64,000 nucleotides of DNA, taken from Polyangiaceae bacterium (GTDB lineage Bacteria > Myxococcota_A > Polyangia > Polyangiales > Polyangiaceae). The stretch is taken from the NCBI GenBank assembly GCA_013361525.1, contig JABFXY010000067.1, positions 4,387-68,386 of the forward strand, read 5' to 3'. Both the position numbers and the translations under genes were made by a program. The notes under the pieces are model-generated. The model saw nothing but the letters and a program-made list of their open reading frames with translations. It was not told the origin of the DNA and did not search any database. Positions within the stretch are counted from its first letter, which is position 1. Every line of letters begins with the position of its first letter. Of the stretch, positions 42,927-52,011 are shown in pieces.

Positions 42927-43546
42927 TCGACATGCGCGGAAGCATCCCGAGTCTTGCCGGCGAAGTCGAAGTCGGCGCCGTCTTCAACGGCTGGCGTGTG
43001 GCGAGCGCGGAGGTGGGCGGAAGCTGCAAGCTGATTCCAGCGTGGGTGCCGTGGCCGCCGCCTGCTGATGTCTCGGCGCCATTCCCGACAATCCGGGTGA
43101 ACTTCGAATCGGTGGCCGCGCTCTTTGGCGCTCGGGAGCGATTCGGCGAGGCGAGCGTTAGCGAGGGCATGGCCATCGCGGCGATGGAGCTGCCGCGTGC
43201 GCCCGATCGGCCGATCACGAACTGCGCTCACTGCAGCGCGCCGAGCGAGGTGCGCGAGTGCGCGGATTGCGAGCGCGAGCGCAAGGCGGCCGAGACCGCA
43301 TCAATCAGCATCGAGCTCGGCGTCGCAGTCGATGGGGAAACCTGCGTCTCCTGCGGTGCGTGGATTGGGCAGCAACAGCTTTGCGGCGAGGCCTTCGAGG
43401 AAGACGACGACGGCGTTAGCCACGCCGGCGAGACGTTCTGCATGACGTGTGCGGAGCGTCGACTGCTCGCGGCGCGGCGGGCGAGCGACGTTCGGCAGCA
43501 TGGCCGTGCGTATCGGCGGGCGCTGCATGGGTGGAGGGACGGATGA
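42923..43546 (+). CDS. hypothetical Cys-rich protein
   Basis: Track ORF (ATGA); CAHC...CADC...CVSCG...CMTC. Confidence 0.5.
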   Translation: MIDMRGSIPSLAGEVEVGAVFNGWRVASAEVGGSCKLIPAWVPWPPPADVSAPFPTIRVNFESVAALFGARERFGEASVSEGMAIAAMELPRAPDRPITNCAHCSAPSEVRECADCERERKAAETASISIELGVAVDGETCVSCGAWIGQQQLCGEAFEEDDDGVSHAGETFCMTCAERRLLAARRASDVRQHGRAYRRALHGWRDG

Positions 43547-43872
43547 TCCGAATCGAAGGCGCAAAGGAGTTGGTTGTCCTCGGCCCGCTCCCGTTTGCTT
43601 CAGACCCGACCGGCGTCGACTGGACGCGCTACGTCGACGCGCCCGAGCCGGGCTCGCTCTGGGTCACGACGACGGACGCCGACCCGCTCTTCATGCGCTA
43701 CGTCGGCCCGGAGCCAGCGGACAACGGCGACGTGTATCCGGTCGCGCTCGTTGCCGGCACCGCCGCCGACTCGTTCCCGTTCTGGGTCGTCCTTCAGGAT
43801 ATCTGGCGCGAGCACTGGAGGCCGGCAACGCGGGCCGAGCAAGAGGCGCTCAGGGAGGCGTGCCCGCTATGA
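43543..43872 (+). CDS. hypothetical protein
   Basis: Internal ATG 43543 (ATGA). Confidence 0.45.
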   Translation: MIRIEGAKELVVLGPLPFASDPTGVDWTRYVDAPEPGSLWVTTTDADPLFMRYVGPEPADNGDVYPVALVAGTAADSFPFWVVLQDIWREHWRPATRAEQEALREACPL

Positions 43873-44189
43873 GGCGCCGCAAGCACACGAACGGCCGCAA
43901 GCCCATCGCTCTCGTCACCGCCGAGCCGAGCTCCACCGGCCGAGTCGAGGCGCACCCCGCGCCGCCACGTCTCCTCGCGCTCGTCGACGTCGCGAAGGAG
44001 CAGGAGCACTTCGGGCTCGGCGGTGAGGGCGGCGTCGACGGCAGCGACCTCTCGGTCATCCCGCGTCACGTCGCGACCGGCTCGCTCGGCCGTGGGTGGA
44101 TGGATGGGAAGCGTCGAGCCGTGAAGGTGAACGGCGCGATCGTTTCGCCCGATGGCGAGGTGCTGGCCCCGAAGGATCCGCGGCAATGA
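43869..44189 (+). CDS. hypothetical protein
   Basis: Internal ATG 43869 (ATGA). Confidence 0.4.
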   Translation: MRRRKHTNGRKPIALVTAEPSSTGRVEAHPAPPRLLALVDVAKEQEHFGLGGEGGVDGSDLSVIPRHVATGSLGRGWMDGKRRAVKVNGAIVSPDGEVLAPKDPRQ

Positions 44190-44503
44190 AGGACACTAGC
44201 GATATCCTGCAGGTGGTCTCAGACGGGCTCACGCTCGCCGTAGCGCGCACAAAGGAGGCCTTGCTCTGCTCTGCAATCGAAGCGGGTCACGACCACGTGA
44301 CACTCACGGTCTGCGAATGCCGCGGACGCTTCTGGGCCGAGGCCAATGGCGAGCGCGTCTCGGAGATCTGGGAACACGGCGTGGAATGGGTCGATCTGCG
44401 CGCCATGGCATTCGTCCGCCAAACGCCCCACGGGATGCAGCTCTGCGGCAACGTCGATTGCGCGGCTTGCAATCGGGCTCGGTTGCCGAAGGGCGGGCGA
44501 TGA
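44186..44503 (+). CDS. hypothetical protein
   Basis: Internal ATG 44186 (ATGA). Confidence 0.45.
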   Translation: MKDTSDILQVVSDGLTLAVARTKEALLCSAIEAGHDHVTLTVCECRGRFWAEANGERVSEIWEHGVEWVDLRAMAFVRQTPHGMQLCGNVDCAACNRARLPKGGR

Positions 44504-44673
44504 AAGACGAGCGCCTCCTCGAGCAGACCCTCTACGCCTGGATGCGACGGTTCCAGGCGCTCGCGCATCTCGGCAAGGATGCGCCGGAGTTGATCTTAGC
44601 GCGCGACGAGGTGCACGTTGCGGGCGAGGCGTTGCGGGAGCGCGAGCGACGCGATGGGAGGCGAGCGGCGTGA
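44500..44673 (+). CDS. hypothetical small protein
   Basis: Internal ATG 44500 (ATGA). Confidence 0.4.
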   Translation: MKDERLLEQTLYAWMRRFQALAHLGKDAPELILARDEVHVAGEALRERERRDGRRAA

Positions 44674-45098
44674 GCACGACCAAGAAGAAGCAATCGAAGA
44701 AGACGGCGGAGCAGAAGGACCGCGACTGGATCTCCGGCAACCGCGCGGCGTGGCAACAGCTGCTCGGAATGGCGACACGAGAGCTGAGCGCGGACGGCGA
44801 AGACCTATCGAAGGAGCGCCTCCTGAAACAGCTCGAGGATGTGCGACGGACCCTTCGGTCGCTCTGCGCCGACTTCGGCGACAACGATTGGGACGACCGC
44901 CAGCACCTCGGCGACGTGCTCGACAAGCACCTCGGTCGCTACCTGCATTCGCAGGAGGTCGAAGCGGTGCGGCACCTGCGAGCCATCCTCGAGGTGGTCC
45001 CGGCGAAGCGCCCGGATGGTGCGACGCCTGATGAGGTGCGGAGCTGGAAGAGGGTCGAAGCCGCTCGCGCCTACCTCAAGGAGCTCGACGACGAGTGA
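44670..45098 (+). CDS. hypothetical protein upstream of terminase
   Basis: GTG 44670 (GTGA). Basic N-terminus. No small-terminase motif that I can recognise. Confidence 0.45.
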   Translation: MSTTKKKQSKKTAEQKDRDWISGNRAAWQQLLGMATRELSADGEDLSKERLLKQLEDVRRTLRSLCADFGDNDWDDRQHLGDVLDKHLGRYLHSQEVEAVRHLRAILEVVPAKRPDGATPDEVRSWKRVEAARAYLKELDDE

Positions 45099-45436
45099 GC
45101 CCCTACCGCGCCATCGTCCATCGCGACACGAAGCCGGCCAACGGGCGCACGCTCGCCGGTCGGCTGCGCTCTGCGTGGCGGCGGTGGCTCGTCTGGCGGG
45201 GTGGGACGTGGAGAACGCGGTGGGTGCGATGCGAGACGTGTCGGCTGGGCGCCATTCCGCGGTGGAAGCGGCAGGCGGAATGCCTCGGCTGCGAGAGATC
45301 GCGCTTTTGGCGTGACTACAAGCGCGGCGTTGCAATCGTGCCGGCGATCCCGATTCCGCCGGAGCCGTTCCGTCTCCCAGGCGTACCGTTCCCGCTCCGC
45401 GTTCCCGACGGCGAGACCGAGAGGTTCAAGGTCTGA
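45095..45436 (+). CDS. hypothetical Arg/Trp-rich zinc-ribbon protein
   Basis: Track ORF (GTGA); CETC...CLGC. Confidence 0.4.
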   Translation: MSPYRAIVHRDTKPANGRTLAGRLRSAWRRWLVWRGGTWRTRWVRCETCRLGAIPRWKRQAECLGCERSRFWRDYKRGVAIVPAIPIPPEPFRLPGVPFPLRVPDGETERFKV

Positions 45437-47097
45437 TGCCCCCGCGCAAGCCCACCGGCCCCAAGGTCGACGCTGCTGCCGAGCTCGCGCGGAGGCTGAT
45501 GGCTCCGATTGAGCCGGACATCAACACGATCTCGGCCGAACAGTTCGTCGAGGATCCCGAGTACTGCGACGTCCCGATCTCGCCGGCGCAGCGCGCGCTC
45601 ATTCGAGCAGCCGAGGGGCTGCCGGTTACGCACCTCACGCCCGACGAGCTCGAGTACTACCTCGGAACCCGCGGCCCGTTCGTGCCACCCAGGCGCCCGC
45701 GCAAGGTGCTGCCGCGCTCCGGACGACGCTCTGGCAAGTCGCTGATCGCCGACATCCTCGCCCTGATTCGAGGCGCGCTCACGTGCCGACTGCGCCGACC
45801 GCCCGAGCCCCACGAGAAGCCGGGGCGCGACGGACTGGTCGGTGTGCGCCCGGGCGAGCTCGTGCGCGGTCCGATCGTGACGCCCCGGGTGCGCCAAGCG
45901 CTCGCGACGTTCGCGCTCGTCGCCGCCACGCTCGAGAGCTCCCCGCGCCTCAAGAAGTACATCCACAAGGTCGGCGCCGAGTCGCTCGAGATCAAGCGCG
46001 ACGACGGTCAGATCGTCACCATATGCGTGCTCGCCGCGTCGCCTCGCGGCACCAACCTCCGCGGCGGGTGGTTCGTTGGCGTCGTCTTCGACGAGGCGGA
46101 CTTCTTCGGCGAGCAGGACGCGAGCGTGACACTCGACGACCAGGTCAAGGCGATCCAGCCGGCGCTCCTGCCCGACGGGCAGATGTGGTTCCCGAGTTCG
46201 CCTTGGGAGGAGAGCGGCGACTTTCATAAGATGCACTCGGGGGCGTTCGGCAATCCTGGAGAGACGGTCTCGTTCCACTCAAGCACGCAGAACATGAACC
46301 CGATCTGCGACATCGCGCAGATCGAAGCCGACCGACTCAAAGACCCAGACTTCGTCTCGCGCGAATACGACGCCGTGCCGATGATCGCCGGCGGCGACCA
46401 GTTCTTCCCGGAGGCGGCGATCGTAGCGTCATGCATCCGAGACCAGGTGCAGCTCGAGCCCAACGGCGCGCCGCATTGGTTCGGCGCCGACCCTGGTCTC
46501 CGCAAGAACTCGGCGACGCTCGCCGGCGCGCGCGCGAACGGCGGCAAGGCCGAGCTCGCGTACACGGAAGAACTCATCCCGCAGAAGAAGACCCCGGAGC
46601 AGATCGCAGAGGACAGAAAGCGCGGCGTCCCGCCAGGGCTCGCACCGAGCATCGTCTTCAAGTCCTTCGCGCAGACCGCGCTCAACTACAAAGCGACGTG
46701 CGTCCGCGGCGACCAGTACTACGAGGACAGCGCGATCGAGCACATGCCGCAGGTGTCCAACGCGCGCGGCGACTCCGTCTACTACGACACGTTTGTCGAC
46801 AACGCCGACTCGACGGCGGACATCATGACGAAGCTGCGATCGCTCATGCTCGAGGGCAACGCGATCATGCCGCGCAATCCGCGGCTGATGCAGCAGCTTC
46901 GAGACACGAAGAGCAAGAAGGGGCCGAGTGGCAAGATCCACGTCGTGCTCCCGCGCACGGGCGCAGCGCACGGCGACTTGCTCAAGGCGGTCGCGCTCGC
47001 CATGGTCCAGGTGCCGCTCGATTCGGATTGGCAGGATCAGGGAGCCGTCGGCGGCGGTTCTCGGCGGTGGGGTGGGTTTGGAAGTAGGAGAGGATGA
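45436..47097 (+). CDS. terL: terminase large subunit
   Basis: Walker A-like RSGRRSGKS; Walker B VGVVFDEADFF. 553 aa, sited at the head of the structural module. Confidence 0.85.
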   Translation: MPPRKPTGPKVDAAAELARRLMAPIEPDINTISAEQFVEDPEYCDVPISPAQRALIRAAEGLPVTHLTPDELEYYLGTRGPFVPPRRPRKVLPRSGRRSGKSLIADILALIRGALTCRLRRPPEPHEKPGRDGLVGVRPGELVRGPIVTPRVRQALATFALVAATLESSPRLKKYIHKVGAESLEIKRDDGQIVTICVLAASPRGTNLRGGWFVGVVFDEADFFGEQDASVTLDDQVKAIQPALLPDGQMWFPSSPWEESGDFHKMHSGAFGNPGETVSFHSSTQNMNPICDIAQIEADRLKDPDFVSREYDAVPMIAGGDQFFPEAAIVASCIRDQVQLEPNGAPHWFGADPGLRKNSATLAGARANGGKAELAYTEELIPQKKTPEQIAEDRKRGVPPGLAPSIVFKSFAQTALNYKATCVRGDQYYEDSAIEHMPQVSNARGDSVYYDTFVDNADSTADIMTKLRSLMLEGNAIMPRNPRLMQQLRDTKSKKGPSGKIHVVLPRTGAAHGDLLKAVALAMVQVPLDSDWQDQGAVGGGSRRWGGFGSRRG

Positions 47098-47429
47098 TGG
47101 GACAGGACTGGTCGATCGCAGACGCCGCCGAGGCACTCGGTGGGAAGCTCGTCACCGACCACGACGCTCTGGCTGACGAGTGCCTCAGGGTACTCACCGA
47201 GATGCAGGGACGCGTGGCGAAGGACGTTTGCGAACGCTATGGCTTCTGGCGCGACACCATCGACGAGACGGTCAAGGCGGCGCGCGAGGGCGGGTTGACC
47301 GCCCGCGTCGAGCTCTACTCCTATTGGTTCGAGCTGAAGGGGCAGCGGGTCACACCTGTCTTTGAATACGGGTTCGAGACGCACGAGGGCAGCTTGCGGT
47401 GGTTTCACCGGGCGAGGGCGCAGGGGTAA
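47094..47429 (+). CDS. hypothetical protein
   Basis: Track ORF (ATGA). Confidence 0.5.
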   Translation: MMGQDWSIADAAEALGGKLVTDHDALADECLRVLTEMQGRVAKDVCERYGFWRDTIDETVKAAREGGLTARVELYSYWFELKGQRVTPVFEYGFETHEGSLRWFHRARAQG

Positions 47430-47469
47430 TGAGTGAGCTCGCCGGGCTGGTCCCGGCGCGGAGGATGCG

Positions 47470-48330
47470 GTGAACGAATCAAAGCGACACGAGGACGATG
47501 ACGGGCCGCCGTACGACGACGCGCGGCTGCGGAAGTTCTTCTGCGACGACGGCGCGTCGCTCGGGTTCTCCGCGCAGGCGATCGGCCCACGCGGCGAGAG
47601 CAGCGCACCGAAGGACCCGGACGCCAAGCTCTGGAACAAGGGCGTGATGCGGTGGAGTACCGATCCGCGCGGGCCTGGCAGCGCGGCGCAGCACCGAGCC
47701 GTCTACGAGCTCGTCCAGAAGCTCACGCCCGAGACGATCGACGTGCTCTATCGCGCGTATGGTCCCGAGTCGGCGTGCCCCGCGCTGGCGCTGCGAGACA
47801 ACCCGCCGGCGCGCGCTCGCCTCGGGCGCTGGCGCTTCGTGCTCGAGAAGACCGAGGCCGCCCGCTCTGCCTTCGCTGCTGCGAATCGCAAGGCGCTCGA
47901 GACGCGCTTCGAGAACCAAGAAGCGAATGAGGCGAAGCGTCGCGACGCGATCGAGCGGGCGAAGGAAACACTCGTCGGGGTGCAGCGCGAGGTCACCGAG
48001 AAGGACGAAGCTGCAAAGGCCGACGCCGAGTTCTTCGAGTATGAGCACGTCGACCTCCCGTTCTTCTCGGCCGACGAACAGGCCGCGCGCAACAAGGCCT
48101 ACGACGTCGCGATGCTCGGCGGAGCGCGCGTCCGCGATGGCGAGCAGACGATGACGTTCGCGCACTGGCTCATCCACCGGGCGGAAGCGAAGGAGCTGCG
48201 AGCTGCACGGAAGGAGGCGGCGACGATCGTGCGCGCGGCGTGGGACGCGTGGGTGGCGGTTGCAGGCGCACCGAAGCGGCGCGACTCGGACGTGGGCATC
48301 ACGCGCGAGGACACCGGAGGCACGCTTTGA
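47470..48330 (+). CDS. hypothetical protein
   Basis: Track ORF with GTG start. Charged, partly coiled-coil. Confidence 0.5.
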   Translation: MNESKRHEDDDGPPYDDARLRKFFCDDGASLGFSAQAIGPRGESSAPKDPDAKLWNKGVMRWSTDPRGPGSAAQHRAVYELVQKLTPETIDVLYRAYGPESACPALALRDNPPARARLGRWRFVLEKTEAARSAFAAANRKALETRFENQEANEAKRRDAIERAKETLVGVQREVTEKDEAAKADAEFFEYEHVDLPFFSADEQAARNKAYDVAMLGGARVRDGEQTMTFAHWLIHRAEAKELRAARKEAATIVRAAWDAWVAVAGAPKRRDSDVGITREDTGGTL

Positions 48331-48635
48331 GCAAGCTCACTGCGGAGGACATCGGCATCATCGCGAGCGCGGCCTCGAAGGCGGCGCTCGAAACGATCGA
48401 GGCGGAGCGCAGGCGAGCAAACGAGCGCGTCTATGGCGAGAAGGCGATCCTCGCCGAGCTCGGGATCTCTCGTTCGAAGTTCTGGCGCCTGGTGCGGTTG
48501 GACAGGCTTCCGGTCGATCGGGATCCGCTCGGTCTCTCGATCCGACGCTGGGACGTCAATCGCTGGCTCGACGGACGACGGCGCGCCGTCGATGGGGCTG
48601 ATCTCAAGGCGAGAGGCAAAAACGGAACACGCTGA
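48327..48635 (+). CDS. AlpA/excisionase-type (MerR-like) HTH protein
   Basis: TTG 48327 (TTGA). ILAELGISRSKFWRLVRLDRLPVDRDPLGLSIRRWDVNRWL fits the AlpA/Xis HTH pattern. Confidence 0.5.
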   Translation: MSKLTAEDIGIIASAASKAALETIEAERRRANERVYGEKAILAELGISRSKFWRLVRLDRLPVDRDPLGLSIRRWDVNRWLDGRRRAVDGADLKARGKNGTR

Positions 48636-48774
48636 GACGCGCGCATCGATTCGGCCGCGCTTCGTCGGCCTGTCCGCGAAACAACTTGGGTCGTGCTTCG
48701 CGAGAAAACTTGACCCAAACTCCCATCATCACGCAACGCGCTCGGGAGCCCGCCCTCCAGTTCACGTTGCTCCT

Positions 48775-48849
48775 GCCGGAGTGGGGAAGTGGCCGTTCCC
48801 GCGTGGTTCATACCCACGAGATCGCAGAGTTCGAATCCTGCCTCCGACT
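48775..48849 (+). tRNA. tRNA-like element, anticodon CAT (Met or Ile2), non-canonical T stem
   Basis: Hand fold. Acceptor GCCGGAG/CTCCGAC pairs 6 of 7. U8 is present. D stem GGGA/TCCC with a GG in the loop. Anticodon stem CGTGG/CCACG is perfect, with loop TTCATAC. T loop TTCGAAT. The T stem GCAG(A)G/CCTGC needs one bulged A. Confidence 0.5.
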
Positions 48850-48900
48850 CAGCAAAGCGACGTTCGAGTCACCTCCGCTCGCTGACGTCGCCGTTTAGTG

Positions 48901-48927
48901 GGTCTCCGGGCCCGAAACCCGGAGACC
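48901..48927 (+). promoter_or_regulatory. 10-bp GC-rich hairpin enclosing the portal Shine-Dalgarno
   Basis: GGTCTCCGGG-CCCGAAA-CCCGGAGACC. The GGAGA at 48921-48925 lies in the 3' arm, 6 nt upstream of the portal ATG at 48932. Confidence 0.55.
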
Positions 48928-48931
48928 ACCC

Positions 48932-50329
48932 ATGCTCGCAACGATCGGCCGAGCCGCCCGCGCATTCAGCGCCTGGGCGAAGAAGCCGTTCGTCGGCGCA
49001 GCAGTCCCCGGCACGCAAGCCGGTCCGCCTCCCTCGCACGGCCCCGCTGCCGCATCGAGTCGCGAGCCGCACTTCCGCTCCTACACGGAGTGGACGCCGC
49101 AACTCATCCGCTCCGTCCTCCCTCGCGTTGACGGTGGCGGCGAGCTTCGCTGGGCTGCCGATCTCTTCGACGCCGTCCTCGGCGACGATCGCGCCAAGTC
49201 GGTCTTCGAAACGCGCACGGGTGGCCTACTCGGCTCACCGCTCGAGTTCGAGGAATCCACCGCCGGTCACCGCACCAAGCGTAAGCAGGCGCTGAAGGCG
49301 CTCGAGGCGCAGGAGGACTGGTGGTTCCTCTGCCCGGAGGACGAGCTCTCGCGACTCGTCACGTGGGGACTCGGCGTTGGCGCCGGCTTCGCGACGCTCG
49401 AGAACTGGCACGAGAACAAAGACCACGGCGGGCGCCTCGTTGCGACGCTGAAGGTCTGGCACCCGCGCTGGTTCAAGTGGGACCACGAGCAGCAGAGCTG
49501 GTTCGCGTGGACCACGGCGAATCAGTGGGAGAAGGTCACGCCGGGCGACGGCCGATGGGTCGTCTACACGCCGTACGGCAAGAGCCGACCCTGGGCCTAC
49601 GGCCTTTGGCGCGGCCTCTCCGTCCTCTGGCTCCTCAAGGTCTACGCCCTCCGCGATATCGGGCTCTTCTCGGAGCTCCACGGCACGCCGGCATGGGTGC
49701 TGACGGGCGAGCCCGACTTCAAGAAGCGCAAGGCGCTCGCCGATCTCTTCCTCGATCTCGCGCGTAACCCCGCGGTCGCACTTCCGCCGAACGTCAAGGC
49801 GGAGCTGCTCGAGGCCAAGGCCGACACCTGGGAGGTCTTCACCGCCCAGGTCGAGCTCGCGAACCGCGGCTTCGCGGTCGCGGTCGTCGGCGGCAACCTC
49901 GCCGTCGAGGTCGACGGAAACCAGCAGACGGGCGCCACGGCGCAGACGCTGGTCCGCATCGACTACAAGAAGCGGGACGCGGCCAGCGTCTCGACGATGG
50001 CCCACGACCAGGTCCTCTACTGGTGGGCCGAGTGGAACTTCGGTGACGCGCGCGTCGCCGGGTGGCCGATCTGGAACGTTGAGCCGCCCGAAGACACGGC
50101 GGCAGTCGCCAAAACGTGGTTCACGATCGGGCAGGCGCTCGAGAAGTTCACGAAGGCAGGCATCGTAGTCGACTTGAAGGCGACCGCGGAGCGATTCGCG
50201 ATCCCGATCGTCGGCGTCAAGCAGCCCGAGCCGGACGAGAAGACCTCGGACGAGGACGGCGACAAGGCTGCGCCAGACGACGAAGACGAGAAGACCGGCG
50301 CCGAAGAGCTCGAGCCGAAGGAAGACTGA
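48932..50329 (+). CDS. portal protein
   Basis: 465 aa, immediately upstream of the protease-scaffold gene. Acidic C-terminal tail. Assigned by position and size. Confidence 0.7.
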   Translation: MLATIGRAARAFSAWAKKPFVGAAVPGTQAGPPPSHGPAAASSREPHFRSYTEWTPQLIRSVLPRVDGGGELRWAADLFDAVLGDDRAKSVFETRTGGLLGSPLEFEESTAGHRTKRKQALKALEAQEDWWFLCPEDELSRLVTWGLGVGAGFATLENWHENKDHGGRLVATLKVWHPRWFKWDHEQQSWFAWTTANQWEKVTPGDGRWVVYTPYGKSRPWAYGLWRGLSVLWLLKVYALRDIGLFSELHGTPAWVLTGEPDFKKRKALADLFLDLARNPAVALPPNVKAELLEAKADTWEVFTAQVELANRGFAVAVVGGNLAVEVDGNQQTGATAQTLVRIDYKKRDAASVSTMAHDQVLYWWAEWNFGDARVAGWPIWNVEPPEDTAAVAKTWFTIGQALEKFTKAGIVVDLKATAERFAIPIVGVKQPEPDEKTSDEDGDKAAPDDEDEKTGAEELEPKED

Positions 50330-51918
50330 TGCCGTATCCGGTGAGCAGCGACTACCAGCCAGTCGCCGCAGGCGACGCCCTGCGCGATCTCGCCGAGATC
50401 GCCGACACCATCGAGGGGAAGTCACCGATGCGCACGCGTCACGTCCTCCTCGACGCGGCCAGCATCGCGCGCGCCGGAGCCTCCGACGTGCTCGCGATCG
50501 ACCGCGGCGCCATCGGCAAGACGATCGCGCTGACCGCGGCAGAGCCTCACCACCTTGTCGGACCTGGGCGTGAGCCCGCCGAGGCAGCCGATCTCGCGGC
50601 AATCGCGGCATCGCCCGACCCGCACCGCCAGCAAGGAGTCGTCGCGGTCGTTGCGGTTCGCGGCCCCCTCGCGCAGCGCGCGCTTTTCGACTTCTGCGGC
50701 TACGTCGACGGTTACGACGCCGTTGCGGCTCGCTTCGAGAAAGCGCTCGGCGATACGAGCGTCGATGCGGTCGTCATCGAGATCGACTCTCCTGGCGGCG
50801 ACGTCGCCGGCCTCGAGCAGTGCGTCGAACGAATGAGGACCGCGGCCGCGCGCAGCGGCAAGCCGGTCCACGCCTTCATCAACGAATGCGCGTGCTCGGC
50901 GGCGTACTGGATCGTCGCGGCAGTCGCGAGCGAGATCACGATCCCGCCGGCGGGTCGCGCCGGGAGCATCGGTTGCATCGGCGGCATCGTCGACCAGACC
51001 GAGGCACTCAAGATGCAGGGCCTCGCGGTCACGCTCGTTCGCTGGCCCGAGGGCAAGGCGGAGAGCCACCCCGCGGGGCCGGTTCAGCCGCTCGCAACGG
51101 AGCGCCTCACCGCGCGCGTGCAAGCAGCTGGTGAGCGATTCGCTGCAGCGATGGCGAAGGTGCGGCCGGGGCTCACGACGGCGGCAATCAAGGATCTCAA
51201 CGGCGACGTCCTCGAGGGGAAGGACGCCGTCAAGGCTGGGCTCGTCGACAAGGTCGGCGATTTCGAAAAGGCGCTGGAGAGCGCCGCAACTGCGGGCCGC
51301 AAATGGCGGCGCCAAGCGGAGAAAGCAATGCTCGACCAGAAGCGATTCGAAGAGCTCGAAGCGTTCGAGAAGACCGTCCTCGGCACCTTCGGTGCGAAGG
51401 ACCAGAAGAGCGCGATCGGCGCGATGACGGCGGCGAAGGAAGCCGCCGAGCGCGTGCCGGAGATCGACGGCAAGCTCGCTGCGGCTGAGGAGAACAACGC
51501 CGCGCTGCAGAAGCAGCTCAACGACGAGAAGGCATCGCGCCTGCTCGCTGCCGCGAAGGACGCGCGCAAGATCGTTCCTGCGAACCAGGCGAAGGCCGAG
51601 GCGTTCTACGCCAAGCACGGCATCGATGCGTTCGAGTCGTATCTCGATTCGCTCGTGGCCGTCGCTCCGGCAGCGTCGACGCCCGCTCCGGCAGCGGCCC
51701 CCGCCGTTCCCGCCGTGAAGCCGGCAGCGATCGAGACCGAAGCGGCACCCGCGGCGAACGGAAACGCGACGCCCACTGAGGCGCAGCTCCCGAAGTGGGA
51801 GGACATGTCCGCGAAGGACAAGCACGACTTCCTCAAGACGCACGGCGAGACGAAGTACCGCGCCGTGCGCGCCGATTGGGAACGTCGCGGCAGGCCGCGC
51901 GGCATCGGCGCTCTCTGA
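50329..51918 (+). CDS. S49 (SppA/ClpP-fold) prohead protease fused to a scaffold-like coiled-coil
   Basis: ATG 50329 (TGATG). VVIEIDSPGGDVAG and ECACSAAYWI are S49 motifs. The C-terminal 230 aa are Ala/Lys/Glu-rich. Confidence 0.8.
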   Translation: MPYPVSSDYQPVAAGDALRDLAEIADTIEGKSPMRTRHVLLDAASIARAGASDVLAIDRGAIGKTIALTAAEPHHLVGPGREPAEAADLAAIAASPDPHRQQGVVAVVAVRGPLAQRALFDFCGYVDGYDAVAARFEKALGDTSVDAVVIEIDSPGGDVAGLEQCVERMRTAAARSGKPVHAFINECACSAAYWIVAAVASEITIPPAGRAGSIGCIGGIVDQTEALKMQGLAVTLVRWPEGKAESHPAGPVQPLATERLTARVQAAGERFAAAMAKVRPGLTTAAIKDLNGDVLEGKDAVKAGLVDKVGDFEKALESAATAGRKWRRQAEKAMLDQKRFEELEAFEKTVLGTFGAKDQKSAIGAMTAAKEAAERVPEIDGKLAAAEENNAALQKQLNDEKASRLLAAAKDARKIVPANQAKAEAFYAKHGIDAFESYLDSLVAVAPAASTPAPAAAPAVPAVKPAAIETEAAPAANGNATPTEAQLPKWEDMSAKDKHDFLKTHGETKYRAVRADWERRGRPRGIGAL

Positions 51919-52011
51919 AGACAACTCGCGACTGACCTCCGGGGACGACGGTCAGGGCGCACCACACCAACGCAACACGTCGGCGGTGAGCGCCGAAGGG
52001 ATTGATCTGCC

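Noticed and set aside
48710-48738. Sigma-70 late promoter from the TTGACC box in the TerL-portal gap
   Set aside because: No acceptable -10 hexamer lies at 16-18 nt spacing. The TTGACC also forms the 3' arm of a TTGGGTC/GACCCAA stem.
50422-51924. 500-aa minus-strand ORF
   Set aside because: It is antisense to the S49 protease-scaffold gene and has no motifs.
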